Shown: in pieces, positions 39,856 through 49,993 of the stretch
How the letters are laid out: the number at the start of each line of letters is the position of its first letter
Position numbering within the stretch: position 1 is the first letter of the stretch
NCBI GenBank assembly: GCA_963764625.1
Contig: CAVXTH010000001.1
Location: 128,001-192,000, forward strand
Direction: 5' to 3'
DNA from: Candidatus Krumholzibacteriota bacterium
GTDB taxonomy: Bacteria > Krumholzibacteriota > Krumholzibacteriia > JAJRXK01
Length of the DNA stretch: 64,000 nucleotides
Notes under the pieces: generated by a model
The model's input: the letters and a program-made list of their open reading frames with translations, nothing else
What the model was told of the DNA's origin: nothing
The model's database searches: none
Translations under genes and position numbers: made by a program

Positions 39856-40902
39856 CTAGAACAGAACTTTCAACAGGCCAAACACCAGCAGCAGAGCCAG
39901 TACGATGGGCAGGAGCACTTTCCAACACACCGACATGAGTTGGTCCACCCGCAGCCGCGGAAGGGTCCAGCGCAACCACATCTGCAGAAACACCAGGAGC
40001 ACGCTCTTCCCTACGAAAATGACCGGCGCCGGAATAACGCGATCGAGCGCCGGAACCCCCGAGTTCCATCCGCCCAGAAAGACCGCCACCGCAATCGCCG
40101 CCACCGCGAACATGTCTGCGTATTCGCCCAGCATGAAGAAGGCAAATTTCATCCCCGTATACTCGGTGTGGTATCCCGCCACGAGCTCCGACTCCGATTC
40201 CGGGAGATCGAAGGGAATCCGGTTGACCTCCGCCAGCGAAGCGATGAGGTAGATGAAGAAGCTCACCAGGAGCAAGGGGTGGAACACGTGCCAATGAAAG
40301 ATCCAACCGCTCTGCGCCTGGGTGATGACGCCCAAGTTCAGACTCCCGGTGGTCATCACCACCGGGAGAACCGCGAGCGCGAGCGGGATCTCGTAGGAGA
40401 CCACCTGGGCGGCCCCGCGCATGGCTCCGTACAGCGCCCATTTGTTGTTGCTCCCCCACCCCGCCATGATGATCCCGATGACCACCAAACTACTGGTGGC
40501 GAAGGCGTAGAAGAGCCCCACGTCCAACTTCGCGCCCACGAAACTGGGACCGAAGGGAAGCACCACGAAAGTGAGAAAAGCGCCGGTGAAGCAAACCACG
40601 GGGGCGGCGCGCCACAGCACCTTGTCAGCGCTGGCGGGAGCGATGTCCTCTTTGAGCAGGAACTTGATGCCGTCGGCGACCGGCTGCAGGATTCCGTGCC
40701 AGTGCCCGACGTACATCGGGCCATACCGCGACTGCATGAAACCGGCGACCTTGCGCTCCGCCAGGCTGAAGATCATCACCGCCACCGCAACCCCGACCAG
40801 GATGATCACCGCGATCGTAAGCATGGCCAATCCCTGCAAGAGCGGCTGCGGCCAGCTAGCTGAGATCGCGGCGTTCTTGAAAGCTGCGTAGAAGAATTCC
40901 AA
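39856..40902 (-). CDS. nuoH: NADH-quinone oxidoreductase subunit H
   Basis: ERKVAGFMQSRYGP, QPVADGIKFLLKE, SNNKWALYGAMR..AQVVSYE, NRIPFDLPESESELVAGYHTEY; TTG start at 40902 inferred from the RBS. Confidence 0.95.
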   Translation of the reverse strand: MEFFYAAFKNAAISASWPQPLLQGLAMLTIAVIILVGVAVAVMIFSLAERKVAGFMQSRYGPMYVGHWHGILQPVADGIKFLLKEDIAPASADKVLWRAAPVVCFTGAFLTFVVLPFGPSFVGAKLDVGLFYAFATSSLVVIGIIMAGWGSNNKWALYGAMRGAAQVVSYEIPLALAVLPVVMTTGSLNLGVITQAQSGWIFHWHVFHPLLLVSFFIYLIASLAEVNRIPFDLPESESELVAGYHTEYTGMKFAFFMLGEYADMFAVAAIAVAVFLGGWNSGVPALDRVIPAPVIFVGKSVLLVFLQMWLRWTLPRLRVDQLMSVCWKVLLPIVLALLLVFGLLKVLF

Positions 40903-40950
40903 TGCTGCCTTCGTCTCCTCGTTGCCCCGGCGCAAGAGCCCGCGGGGCGC

Positions 40951-42144
40951 CTATCGGTCGATCTCTCCCAGGACCAGATCCAAGGATCCCACGGTGGCCA
41001 CGAGGTCGGAGATCATCTGACCCCGGCCCACTTTCTCGATGACGCTGAGGTTGTGAATCGATGGGCTGCGCGTCTTGCACCGAAACGGCACGGTCCCCCC
41101 GTCGCTCACGATCCAAAAGCCCAGCTCACCCTTCGGATTCTCCGCGCGGAAGAAGATCTCGCTGGGAGGAATCTTCAGATTCTTGGGCATCTCCGCCATC
41201 ACTTCGCCGCGCTTGGGGATCGCTTCGATCGCCTGCGCCACGATGCGGGTGGACTGTTCCATTTCGTCCATGCGCACTTTGTACCGATCCCAACAGTCAC
41301 CGGGCGTTCCCATTTTGCCGCTGCCCACCGCGGTCTCGAAATCGAATCGATCGTAGATGCTGTAGGGTTCATCCTTCCTCAGATCGAAGTTGACACCAGC
41401 ACCACGAAGCACGGGGCCGCTGCACCCGTAGGCGATTGCATCCTTCTTGTTGATCACGCCGACGTTGGCGGTGCGCTGGATGAAAATCTCGTTGGTCGAA
41501 AGAAGGGTGTCGTACTCCTTCAGCTTCTTCGGGAAGAGCTCCACGAAGAGCTTGATTTCCTCCATGGCGTCATCGGGGATGTCCCACTTCACGCCGCCCA
41601 CGTCGTAGTAGGTGTACATCAGGCGCGCGCCACAGATCTTCTCGAAGATGTTGAGGATGGCTTCGCGCTCGCGGATGGCGTGGAGGAACGGAGTGAATGC
41701 GCCGATGTCCAGACCGTAGGTTCCAAAGGCAATGAGGTGGCTCGCGATTCGGTTGAGCTCGCCCACGATGACGCGCACGTACTCCGCGTACTCGGGGATC
41801 GTAACCTCCATCCCCGCCGCGCGCATCAGAGCTTCCACCGCCGAGACGTAGGTCCAGTTGCAGTTCATGGCCGCGAGGTAATCCATGCGGTCGGTGTAGA
41901 GCACGTACTGGTGGTAGGTGTTTCCCTCGGCGATCTTCTCGGCACAGCGGTGAAGATAGCCCAGGTAGGGAATCACTTCGTTGACGATCTCACCGTCGGT
42001 AGTGATGAAGAGCCGCAAGACCCCGTGGGTGGCCGGATGCTGGGGCCCCATGTTGATGTGCAAGAGCTGGCTCTTCAACGGTCGGGCCGTGTCATCGGTG
42101 CGCGCGGTGGTCAGCTCTCCCACGACGCTCTGTCGGTTCATCAT
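40951..42144 (-). CDS. nuoD: NADH-quinone oxidoreductase subunit D
   Basis: [45 protein letters not shown], terminal LGEIDR; no hydrogenase CxxC pairs. Confidence 0.96.
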   Translation of the reverse strand: MMNRQSVVGELTTARTDDTARPLKSQLLHINMGPQHPATHGVLRLFITTDGEIVNEVIPYLGYLHRCAEKIAEGNTYHQYVLYTDRMDYLAAMNCNWTYVSAVEALMRAAGMEVTIPEYAEYVRVIVGELNRIASHLIAFGTYGLDIGAFTPFLHAIREREAILNIFEKICGARLMYTYYDVGGVKWDIPDDAMEEIKLFVELFPKKLKEYDTLLSTNEIFIQRTANVGVINKKDAIAYGCSGPVLRGAGVNFDLRKDEPYSIYDRFDFETAVGSGKMGTPGDCWDRYKVRMDEMEQSTRIVAQAIEAIPKRGEVMAEMPKNLKIPPSEIFFRAENPKGELGFWIVSDGGTVPFRCKTRSPSIHNLSVIEKVGRGQMISDLVATVGSLDLVLGEIDR

Positions 42145-42770
42145 TCCTCCTCCGCCCCCCTCTTCTCCCGCACCGCCAGGGGCAATCCTTCCAGGGGAAC
42201 CCCCTGCCACTGCACCGGCATCTGGTAGTCCTTGCGGAGAGGCCACCCTTCCCAGTCCTCGGGCAGCAGCAGGCGGCGTGGATCGGGATGGCCTTCGAAC
42301 TCGATTCCGTACATGTCATAGGCTTCGCGTTCGTGCCACAGGGCGGTGGGCCAGACCCTACTCACGCTGGCGATCTTGGGATCTTCGCGCTTGGTCCGCA
42401 CCTTCAACACGAAGCGTTCGCGCGTGGTGAGCGATTCCAGGTGGTAGGACATGCCCAGGTCGGCGGTGCCGGGCTCTGTGACCGGCTCGACTTTTCCGTC
42501 CTCGGCGTACTTCCCGATGTCGCGGTGCTTCCCGCGTCCCTTTTCGTCGAGGCCCTCGAAGTCGATCCCCGCCGCGATGAGCAGACGATCGAAGTTCGCT
42601 TCGTCGCGCAGAACGAGGGCCACCTCGTCGATGCGAGAGGCTTTTACTTCGAGATAGGGTTCGGGGCATTCGAACTGGGCGCCGAGGACCGCCTTGGGGC
42701 AGCGCTTCTCGACGAGTTCTCGAATCTGTTCAGGCGACATTCGCGTCCGCTCCAGGGTCCTTGCGATCAC
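42141..42770 (-). CDS. nuoC: NADH-quinone oxidoreductase subunit C
   Basis: [48 protein letters not shown]; start GTG 42770 or ATG 42740. Confidence 0.94.
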   Translation of the reverse strand: MIARTLERTRMSPEQIRELVEKRCPKAVLGAQFECPEPYLEVKASRIDEVALVLRDEANFDRLLIAAGIDFEGLDEKGRGKHRDIGKYAEDGKVEPVTEPGTADLGMSYHLESLTTRERFVLKVRTKREDPKIASVSRVWPTALWHEREAYDMYGIEFEGHPDPRRLLLPEDWEGWPLRKDYQMPVQWQGVPLEGLPLAVREKRGAEEE

Positions 42771-43396
42771 TCGGGAATCGTCGTGATGTACTGATCAACC
42801 CACTTGGGTTTGCGCCACTTGCCCTTCTTCCCACGGATCTTGTCCTGCAGCCGCATGAGGCCGTCGAGAAGGACTTCCGGCCGTGGGGGACATCCGGGAA
42901 CGTACACGTCCACCGGCACCATGAGATCGACGCCTTTCACCACGTGATATCCGTACTTGAAGTAGGGTCCGCCGCCGATCGCGCAGCTTCCCATGGCGAT
43001 GACCCACTTGGGATCGGGCATTTGGTCGTAGAGGCGCTTGATCCGCAGGGCCATCTTGGCCGTCACCGTGCCCGACACGATCATGAGGTCGGTCTGCCGG
43101 GGCGTTCCCCGCATGGCGCCCGCACCGAACCGGTCCATGTCGTAGCGCGTCCCCGCGGCCGACATCATTTCGATCGCGCAACAGGCCAGCCCGAAGGTCA
43201 TGGGCCAGATGCTCCAAAGCCGGGCCCAGCGAAAGAGATCGTCCACCTTGCCGAGCATCACGTTGGAGGGACCGGGCTGCGAGACCTCGGCCAGGTCTTC
43301 GTCGATCTTGAAGTCGAGCATGTGCTCCCAGTCGGCCGGATCTCTTTTGATGTGCGGGCCCTGCAGCCAGATCGGGGCCTTGGGTTCATCGGACAT
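42767..43396 (-). CDS. nuoB: NADH-quinone oxidoreductase subunit B
   Basis: [46 protein letters not shown]. Confidence 0.96.
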   Translation of the reverse strand: MSDEPKAPIWLQGPHIKRDPADWEHMLDFKIDEDLAEVSQPGPSNVMLGKVDDLFRWARLWSIWPMTFGLACCAIEMMSAAGTRYDMDRFGAGAMRGTPRQTDLMIVSGTVTAKMALRIKRLYDQMPDPKWVIAMGSCAIGGGPYFKYGYHVVKGVDLMVPVDVYVPGCPPRPEVLLDGLMRLQDKIRGKKGKWRKPKWVDQYITTIPE

Positions 43397-43399
43397 CGC

Positions 43400-43882
43400 T
43401 CACGCTCCCTCCGGCTTCGCGCTCTTGTGGGCCGAGGGAGCATCCGCGGGGTATTGACCCGAGCTGTACCACGAGAGCGATTCCATTTCGTCCTCGTCCC
43501 GCGGCGCCAAGCTCTTCACCCAGGCCAGATCCCCCTTCGCCCACACATAGGCCAATCCGACCAGGAGAATGGCCACGAACAGAACCATTTCCCAGAAAAC
43601 GAAGCTGCCCGTCGAGGCCAGCATCTCCTTGAAGACCACGGCCCAGGGCAACAGAAATACGACTTCGACGTCGAAGACGATGAAGAAGAGCGCCACCAGA
43701 TAGAAGCGCACGTTGAAGCGAACCCAGGGCGAACCCTCCGGGACCTCGCCGCACTCGTAGGCCATTTCCTCTTTGCGCGAGCGCTTGCGCGGCCGCAGCG
43801 CCCAGGAGATCGCGAGGGTGATGACCGCGAATCCCACCGAGAGCGCGAGAAAGACCAGGACGGTTGCGAAGCGACTGAGCAC
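43400..43882 (-). CDS. nuoA: NADH-quinone oxidoreductase subunit A
   Basis: YECGE.P, RFNVRFYLVALFFIVFDVEVVFLLPWA, YVWAKGDL.W; GTG start inferred from RBS GAAGGA. Confidence 0.94.
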   Translation of the reverse strand: MLSRFATVLVFLALSVGFAVITLAISWALRPRKRSRKEEMAYECGEVPEGSPWVRFNVRFYLVALFFIVFDVEVVFLLPWAVVFKEMLASTGSFVFWEMVLFVAILLVGLAYVWAKGDLAWVKSLAPRDEDEMESLSWYSSGQYPADAPSAHKSAKPEGA

Positions 43883-44053
43883 CGTGAACGTTCCTTCAAG
43901 CTTGAGGCGATGCGAAACCCCGCGGGATGCGCGACCCGCCTTCCCACGGCCCCCGCGGGCAAGAGAACCCATATAGAGCCCGCTTGCGAACTCAAGTCAA
44001 GCATGCATGAGGATCCATGCAGGCCGACGCGAAATCCCTGGTCCGCTAGCTCT

Positions 44054-44081
44054 GATTCGATTATGATCAAATCATCGAATC
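44054..44081. promoter_or_regulatory. AT-rich inverted repeat (probable operator) between divergent nuoA and ArsR genes
   Basis: GATTCGAT-tatgatcaaatc-ATCGAATC (8-bp perfect arms); also contains ATTCGA-N6-TCAAAT. Confidence 0.55.
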
Positions 44082-44166
44082 GGCTGGGAGCATAACGGAG
44101 AGGGGGTCCCCCTCTCTCCGCACGCTTGCCAATGATAGAAGCGCGCAGCCGCAGGCCAAGCCCGCG

Positions 44167-44745
44167 ATGAACCCTTCCGGCGAAATGGATTTCCTCACCG
44201 AGGCCTTCCGCGCGCTCAACGAGCCGGGGCGGCTGAAAATGGTGGGTCTTCTGGCCATGCGACCCCGCTACGGCGAGGAGCTGGCCGAGATCCTCGCGCT
44301 CTCTCCCGCCACGGTTTCGCACCATCTGAGCCGCCTCCGGGAGGGGAATCTCGTCCTTTCGATCAAGGAACCGCCCTACATCCGCTACGAACTGTGTGAA
44401 GGGGTCCTCCCTCGCCTCTGCCGGCTCATAAACTCGGCCGAACGCTGGGCGGAGGCGTTCGGACTTCCCAGCGAGGAGCTGCTCACCCAACAGGCCCTGC
44501 GCCCGGTGCTCGACGGAGAGGGCCGGGTGGCGCGCCTTCCCAAATCGCCCCGGCATCGCACCCTCGTTCTGCGCTGGATCGTGCTGCACTTCGAATCGGG
44601 ACGCATCTATCCGCAGCGGGAGGTCCGGCGCATTCTCATGGAGCTGTGCCGGGACGATGAACTGGCCTGCCGGGAGCTGGTGGCGCGCGGCTGGCTGCAA
44701 CAAAAGGGCGGTGTGATGCGCCGCACCGAGGAAGTTCCCTCATGA
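44167..44745 (+). CDS. ArsR/SmtB HTH regulator fused to DUF2087
   Basis: FRALNEPGRLKMVGLL...EELAEIL.LSPATVSHHLSRLRE.NLV; C-terminal GRV.RLPK..RHR..VL..IV..FE.GR.Y..REV...L...CRELV..G.L. Confidence 0.85.
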   Translation: MNPSGEMDFLTEAFRALNEPGRLKMVGLLAMRPRYGEELAEILALSPATVSHHLSRLREGNLVLSIKEPPYIRYELCEGVLPRLCRLINSAERWAEAFGLPSEELLTQQALRPVLDGEGRVARLPKSPRHRTLVLRWIVLHFESGRIYPQREVRRILMELCRDDELACRELVARGWLQQKGGVMRRTEEVPS

Positions 44746-45161
44746 TCCGCCTGGTAGCGGTGGGAAAACTCAAGGCCGATCACTATCGCTCTGCGGTGGC
44801 GGACTACGAGCGGAGGATCGGGCGCTTCGCGCGTTTTGAAACGGCGGAGGTGCCTGACCGCGAGCCCGGGAGCGAGGGCCAGAGCCTTCTGGCCGCGGCG
44901 CGGGGGCATCCTCTGGTGGCCTGCGACCCGCAGGGAGAGTCGTGGGACACGCCCGCCTTCGCACGCTTTCTGGGCGAGCACGCCAGCCCTTGCTTCTTGA
45001 TCGGGGGACCCGAAGGCCTCGACTCACCGGTCCTGCGCGCGGCGGAGCGCAGCCTGAGCCTCAGCAGACTCACCTTCCCCCACGAGATGGCGCGCCTCAT
45101 CCTCGTCGAGCAGATCTACCGGGCTCTGACTATTCTGAGGGGACATCCCTACCACCGCTGA
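44742..45161 (+). CDS. rlmH: 23S rRNA (pseudouridine1915-N3)-methyltransferase
   Basis: IRLVAVGKLK, FLIGGPEGL, LSLSRLTFPHEMARLILVEQIYRALTILRGHPYHR. Confidence 0.95.
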   Translation: MIRLVAVGKLKADHYRSAVADYERRIGRFARFETAEVPDREPGSEGQSLLAAARGHPLVACDPQGESWDTPAFARFLGEHASPCFLIGGPEGLDSPVLRAAERSLSLSRLTFPHEMARLILVEQIYRALTILRGHPYHR

Positions 45162-45213
45162 GGGGCAGGAGCGACTCGTCCCGCGTTCAGCCTGTCATCG
45201 GGGCGTGGAGAGC

Positions 45214-45525
45214 ATGAAAAAGCCCTACCGCTATCATCTTCTTCCCTGCGGGGGTCCCCGCTGCGGTCCGGAAACCGGCGAGGCCTTCAAGCGCCAGCTC
45301 AAGGACCTCCTCCCCGACCGCAAGGCCCTCGGAGTTCGCATCAGCACCACGAGCTGCCAGGGTCTGTGCGAGCACGGTCCCAATCTCTGCGTGTATCCCG
45401 AAGGGGTGGTCTACCATCGGCTTAGCGCGGAAGATTTGCCCCGGATCGTGGAGGAGCACATCCGTGGTGGCCGGCCGGTGGAGGAGATCATGCAGCGCCG
45501 CGCCGACGAGACCGAAACCCCCTGA
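45214..45525 (+). CDS. Thioredoxin-like [2Fe-2S] ferredoxin
   Basis: C-x4-C (CGGPRC) and C-x3-C (SCQGLCEHGP), VYPEGVVY, IVEEHIRGGRPV; RBS GGAG. Confidence 0.92.
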   Translation: MKKPYRYHLLPCGGPRCGPETGEAFKRQLKDLLPDRKALGVRISTTSCQGLCEHGPNLCVYPEGVVYHRLSAEDLPRIVEEHIRGGRPVEEIMQRRADETETP

Positions 45526-45764
45526 GAAGACGCCCTTTTGGTCCGGTCTTGGACCGTTCCTTGCTGCGACGAGGCAGCGCCGGGGAGTCTGAGTGGATTC
45601 CCGGCCGCTTGAGCCATTTTCGGGAGGGGTTCGGGCATGCTCTGCACGATGGAGCCCCCCTTCCGGAGTCATGCTGCAAGCTTTCTGGGCGCGCCGTGAG
45701 CTCGAGGCAGAGCCGCGCGGGCCCGGGAGAGTCCAGAAACCTCTGACCGGGGATCTCGCCAACC

Positions 45765-47458
45765 TTGTTCAGTGCAGCGCCAAGACCTCATCACCGCTCC
45801 TCGAAGTGCCTGAGCGCCCTCGGGGGATTTGTCTTCGGAATGGCCGCCCTCGTCCTCTCGGGGCTCGGGGCGGGATGTCACGACTCCGCGCAGCGGATCG
45901 CGCCCCGGCCCAAACCCGTGATTCACAACGGGGGCACCTTTCGTCTGGCCCAGGCCTCACCCAGGAATCTGGATCCGGCGCGTCTGGAGAGCGTCTACGA
46001 GAGCACGGTCGTCAATCAGATCTTCGACGGGCTCATCGCCTTCGACGAGAACCTGAACACCGTCCCCTCGCTGGCCGAGAGCTGGACGATCTCCAGCAGG
46101 ACGAACCGTCTACACCTTCCGGATCAAGCACGGCGTCCACTTCCATGACGGGAGCGAGGTCACCGCCAACGACTTCGCCTATTCGATCGCCCGCACCTTC
46201 CAGCTTCCCGAAGATCAAACGGAGCTGGCCCGTGAGTATCTCTCGCACATCAAGGGAACAGACGAATTCGCCGCCGGAAAGACCGACCACATCACCGGCA
46301 TCGAGGTGCTGTCGCCCTATGAGGTCCGCATCACTTTAGAGCCGTCCTTTTGCCTCGTTCCTCATGGTCTTGGCCATGGACTGTACGCGCGTGGTGCCCA
46401 AACACTACGTGGAGAGCGTCGGCACCGAGGAGTTCGGGCGTCATCCCATCGGAGCCGGGGCTTTCGTGTTGAAGAAGTGGGTGCAGGACGAAGAAATCGT
46501 CCTCACCGCGTTCGATGATTACCACCTCGGCCGCGCGCATCTGGACTCTCTGGTGTTCGAAACGCCGAAAAACGATCGGCGTGACTACGCCACGAACGCG
46601 TTTCTGCGCTATCAGCTCGACCTTCTCGAAGTCCAGCCGGGGCAAGTCGAAGATCTCCGCCGACAGACCGGGATTAACCTCACCTCGCGACAGGAACTCA
46701 GTCTCACCTTCCTGGCGCTGAATCTGGAGGAGAAGCCCTTCGACGACCGCAGAGTCCGCCGGGCTTTCGCCATGGCGGTGAGTCGCAAGGACCTCTTCGG
46801 CCCCAACGACTCCTCGCGCATGACGCCGTACGGCATTCTCCCTCCGGGCATGCCCGGTTACACCCGAATCTCCAAGCTCCTCCCTCACGATCGCCATCGC
46901 GCGTCGGAGCTGCTGATGGAGGCCGGCTACCCCGATGGAAAGGGGCTTCCTCCCATCCATCTGGTCACCGCGGATCAGTCCGCACAGGCCACCGTGTTCT
47001 ACGCGAAATTGGCGGCGCAGCTGGCGGAAGTCGGATTCCAGGTCAGCAACGAGCAGTTGAGCTGGCTCGACTTCTTCTCGCGTCTCAAAGCCGGCGAAGG
47101 TGACTGCTTCACTCTGAACTGGGTCGCGGACATTCCCGATCCGGATTCGTTCCTGTACCCGCTCTTCCACAGCCGCGGGGCCACCAACTACGTCCACTAC
47201 AAGAACCCGAGTGTGGACGAGTTGTTAGACGCCGGACGCCGCGCCCGCTCTTCTCTGGATCGCCTTCAGGTGTATCGCGAAGCGGAGCAGATGATCGTGG
47301 AAGATGCCCCCATGGTTCCTCTCTTTCACACTCTTACCATCCTGGCCTCACGCGACCAGGTTCAAGGGCTCGATTTGACCCCGATGGGAATTGGCAACCT
47401 CAATTTCAGAAAGATCTGGTTTGAGCCAATTCAGGTGGCGCAAGGAGTGCGGAAGTGA
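45765..47458 (+). CDS. Family-5 (OppA/DppA-like) extracellular solute-binding lipoprotein (frameshifts ~46105, ~46345)
   Basis: Lipobox LGAGC, GGTFR, NLDPA, IFDGLI, PSLAESW, then YTFRIKHGVHFHDG.EVTAND, PIGAGAF, PFDDRRVRRAFAMAV, W.ADIPDPD.FLYPLFHS, YREAEQMIVEDAP. Confidence 0.88.
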
Positions 47459-49558
47459 TCAAGGACATGCGCAAACGGTTCGCAATGGACCGCCGGCAAA
47501 TGAGGATGCAGACCAGGTTCATGGCCTACTTCGGGGTCGTGGTCGTACTTCTCATGACTAGCGTCATTCTGCTCATGGAGACCAGGCAGTCGACCACGAT
47601 GTTGCGGCAGACGGAAATCCGCGGGGCCGCCGTGGCGCATTCGATCGCCTCCGTCGTGCTCCAGAGCCTCTACGAATACGACTACGTCTATCTGCAACAG
47701 GCGGCGGAGACCGCGGCGCGCGACGAGGGCGTGGCCTACGTCATCATCTTGGACAAAGAAGGAACCGTCGCCGCCTATAGTGGGCACCCTCAGCGCGTGG
47801 GTCATCCCCCGATCGATCCCTATAGCCGTCAGGTGGAAAAAGCCAACGAGCAGGTGATCAATCGCATTCATCGCAAGCTCGACTACGGCGGAGAAGAGTC
47901 GCTTCTGGACATCGCGGTTCCAGTTCGCTCGGCCCAGGGTGGCGTGAAGTGGGGAACGATTCGCATCGGACTCTCTCTGCACGCGATGAGCGCCGAGCTC
48001 TCACGCACCCGCACTCTGCTGGTGGCCTTGGGTCTGGGCGCCATCATGATCGTTCTGATTTCGGTGCGTTTCTTTTCGCGCCAGATCACGCAGCCCCTGG
48101 AGCAACTGGCCAGCGCGACCGCCACCGTGGCCAGCGGAAATCTCGAGCACGCGGTCAACGAGGACATCGTCGGGGAGTTGGGGGACCTCGCCCACAGCTT
48201 CAACAAGATGACGAACGACCTCAAACGCAGCCGGGATGCCATTCGCTACCAGAACCACCATCTGGAAAACATGGTGCAGGAGCGCACCGCCGCGCTGCGG
48301 GAAAAGGCACGCGAGCTGGAGCGCGCGAATGCCGAGCTCAAGGAGCTCGACCGCTTGAAGAGCGATTTTCTCAGCAACGTCAGCCACGAACTGCGCACGC
48401 CCCTGACCTCCATCCGCAGCTTTACCGAGATCCTGCTCGACGAGAACGTCTCGGTGGAAGAGGAGCAGAGGACAGAATTCCTCGAGATCATCTCTAGCCA
48501 GTCGGAGCGCTTGACCCGCTTGATCAGTGATCTTCTCGACCTCAGCAAGATCGAAGCGGGAGAGTTTCGCTGTCATTTGCAGAGTCTGGAGCTCGAAGAT
48601 GTCGTTCATCCCGTGCTGGAGACTCTGCAGAGACTCGCCGGGGAGAGCGGCATCAGACTGGTCAACGAGGTCGGCGACGACTCCCCCACCGTTCTCGCCG
48701 ATTTCGACCGGCTCAGCCAGGTCATTACGAATCTGGTCGGCAACGCGTTGAAGTTCACCGATTCCGGCGGCTGTATCACGGTGAGTGCGAAAATCCACGA
48801 TCATCGCCGCGGTGATTCGTGGAAGGAGATGGACTTTGCCGGAATGGAAGCCGACACGCCCGAGTCTGAGTAAATACCTGATCGTCAACGTCGAGGACAC
48901 CGGCTGCGGGATCAAACCAGAGGACCAAAAGCGAATTTTCGAAAAGTTTGGCCAGGTCGGCAATGTTCTCACCGACAAGCCCAAGGGAACCGGCCTCGGA
49001 CTCACGATCTGCGGCACGATCCTCGTGCACCACGGAGGCGCACTGTGGGTGAAAAGCCAGGAGGGCAAGGGTAGTTGCTTCTCGTTCTCGCTGCCGGTGG
49101 TGACCCACACTTTCGTTGCCGAGAACGAGGAACGGAAGAACGACGAGTCCCGCGCCGCCGAGGAGGTCCAGCACATCCTGACCGACGCGGTACAGCGAAG
49201 CGCGACCGGACCGAGGCTCTTGGTGGTCGATGACGAACCGTCGGTGGTCAACGCGATCTCCCGCTTCCTCGAACCAAGAGGCTACGAAAGCGTGGGATGC
49301 TACAGCGGTGACGGCGCCTTGAGCAAGGCTCGTGAGCTGAAGCCCGACGCCATTCTCTTGGACATTCTGCTTCCCGATCGCAATGGGTTCGATGTTCTCA
49401 AGGATCTGAAATCTTCCGCGGACACCAAGGATATCCCCGTCATCGTCGTCTCTGGGCTCGACGACTCGCACACCGCGTTCGAATTGGGCGCGGCAGACTT
49501 TGTTCGCAAACCATTCGACCTGGTATCACTCCTGGATAACGTGAGGGCCCTTGCATGA
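47455..49558 (+). CDS. Hybrid sensor histidine kinase (2 TM, periplasmic sensor, HAMP, HisKA, HATPase, REC; frameshift ~48865)
   Basis: HAMP ITQPLEQL...ELGDLAHSFNKM, H-box VSHELRTPL, N-box NLVGNALKF; second frame EDTGCGI, IFEKF, GTGLGL; REC LVVDDE...LLDILLP...KP. Confidence 0.92.
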
Positions 49559-49950
49559 GCACCACCCAGGAACCCTACATTTTGGTAGCGGATGACGATG
49601 CTCTCGTCTTGAAGTCGCTGCAGTTCATTCTGCAGGGTGCTGGCTATCGCGTGGTCACCGTGGCGGACGGCGCCGCGGCGTTCGAGCAACTTCACATCGA
49701 GAAACCCGTACTCGCGCTCTTGGACGTCATGATGCCGCACTTGAACGGCCTCGATCTCTGTCGACGCATCAAGACCGACGATTCCCTGAGTGACATCAAG
49801 GTCTTCCTCGTCACCGCGCGAGCCATGGCGGCCGAGCGTGAGCGTGGTCTCCAAGCCGGTGCCGATGAATACATCACCAAGCCATTCAGCAATCGCGACA
49901 TCATCGACAAGGTCGCGGAAGTTCTCGCGCCCAGCGAAGCCACCGAGTAG
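49555..49950 (+). CDS. Single-domain (CheY-like) response regulator
   Basis: ILVADDD, LLDVMMP.LNGLDLC, VTAR, GADEYITKPF; no output domain. Confidence 0.93.
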   Translation: MSTTQEPYILVADDDALVLKSLQFILQGAGYRVVTVADGAAAFEQLHIEKPVLALLDVMMPHLNGLDLCRRIKTDDSLSDIKVFLVTARAMAAERERGLQAGADEYITKPFSNRDIIDKVAEVLAPSEATE

Positions 49951-49993
49951 AGCGCCTGGCCTCCTTCTGCCGACTCAAGCTTCCTCGAGTCCC

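Noticed and set aside
40951-43396. Group 4 [NiFe]-hydrogenase interpretation of the nuoEFG-less cluster
   Set aside because: The large subunit lacks both CxxC Ni-binding motifs and ends in GEIDR; NuoB has the tandem CC typical of complex I.
49692-49993. Apparent 259-nt convergent overlap between the YhhQ ORF and the response regulator
   Set aside because: One extra base in the T5 run near 50035 explains it; the corrected frame stops at 49994.
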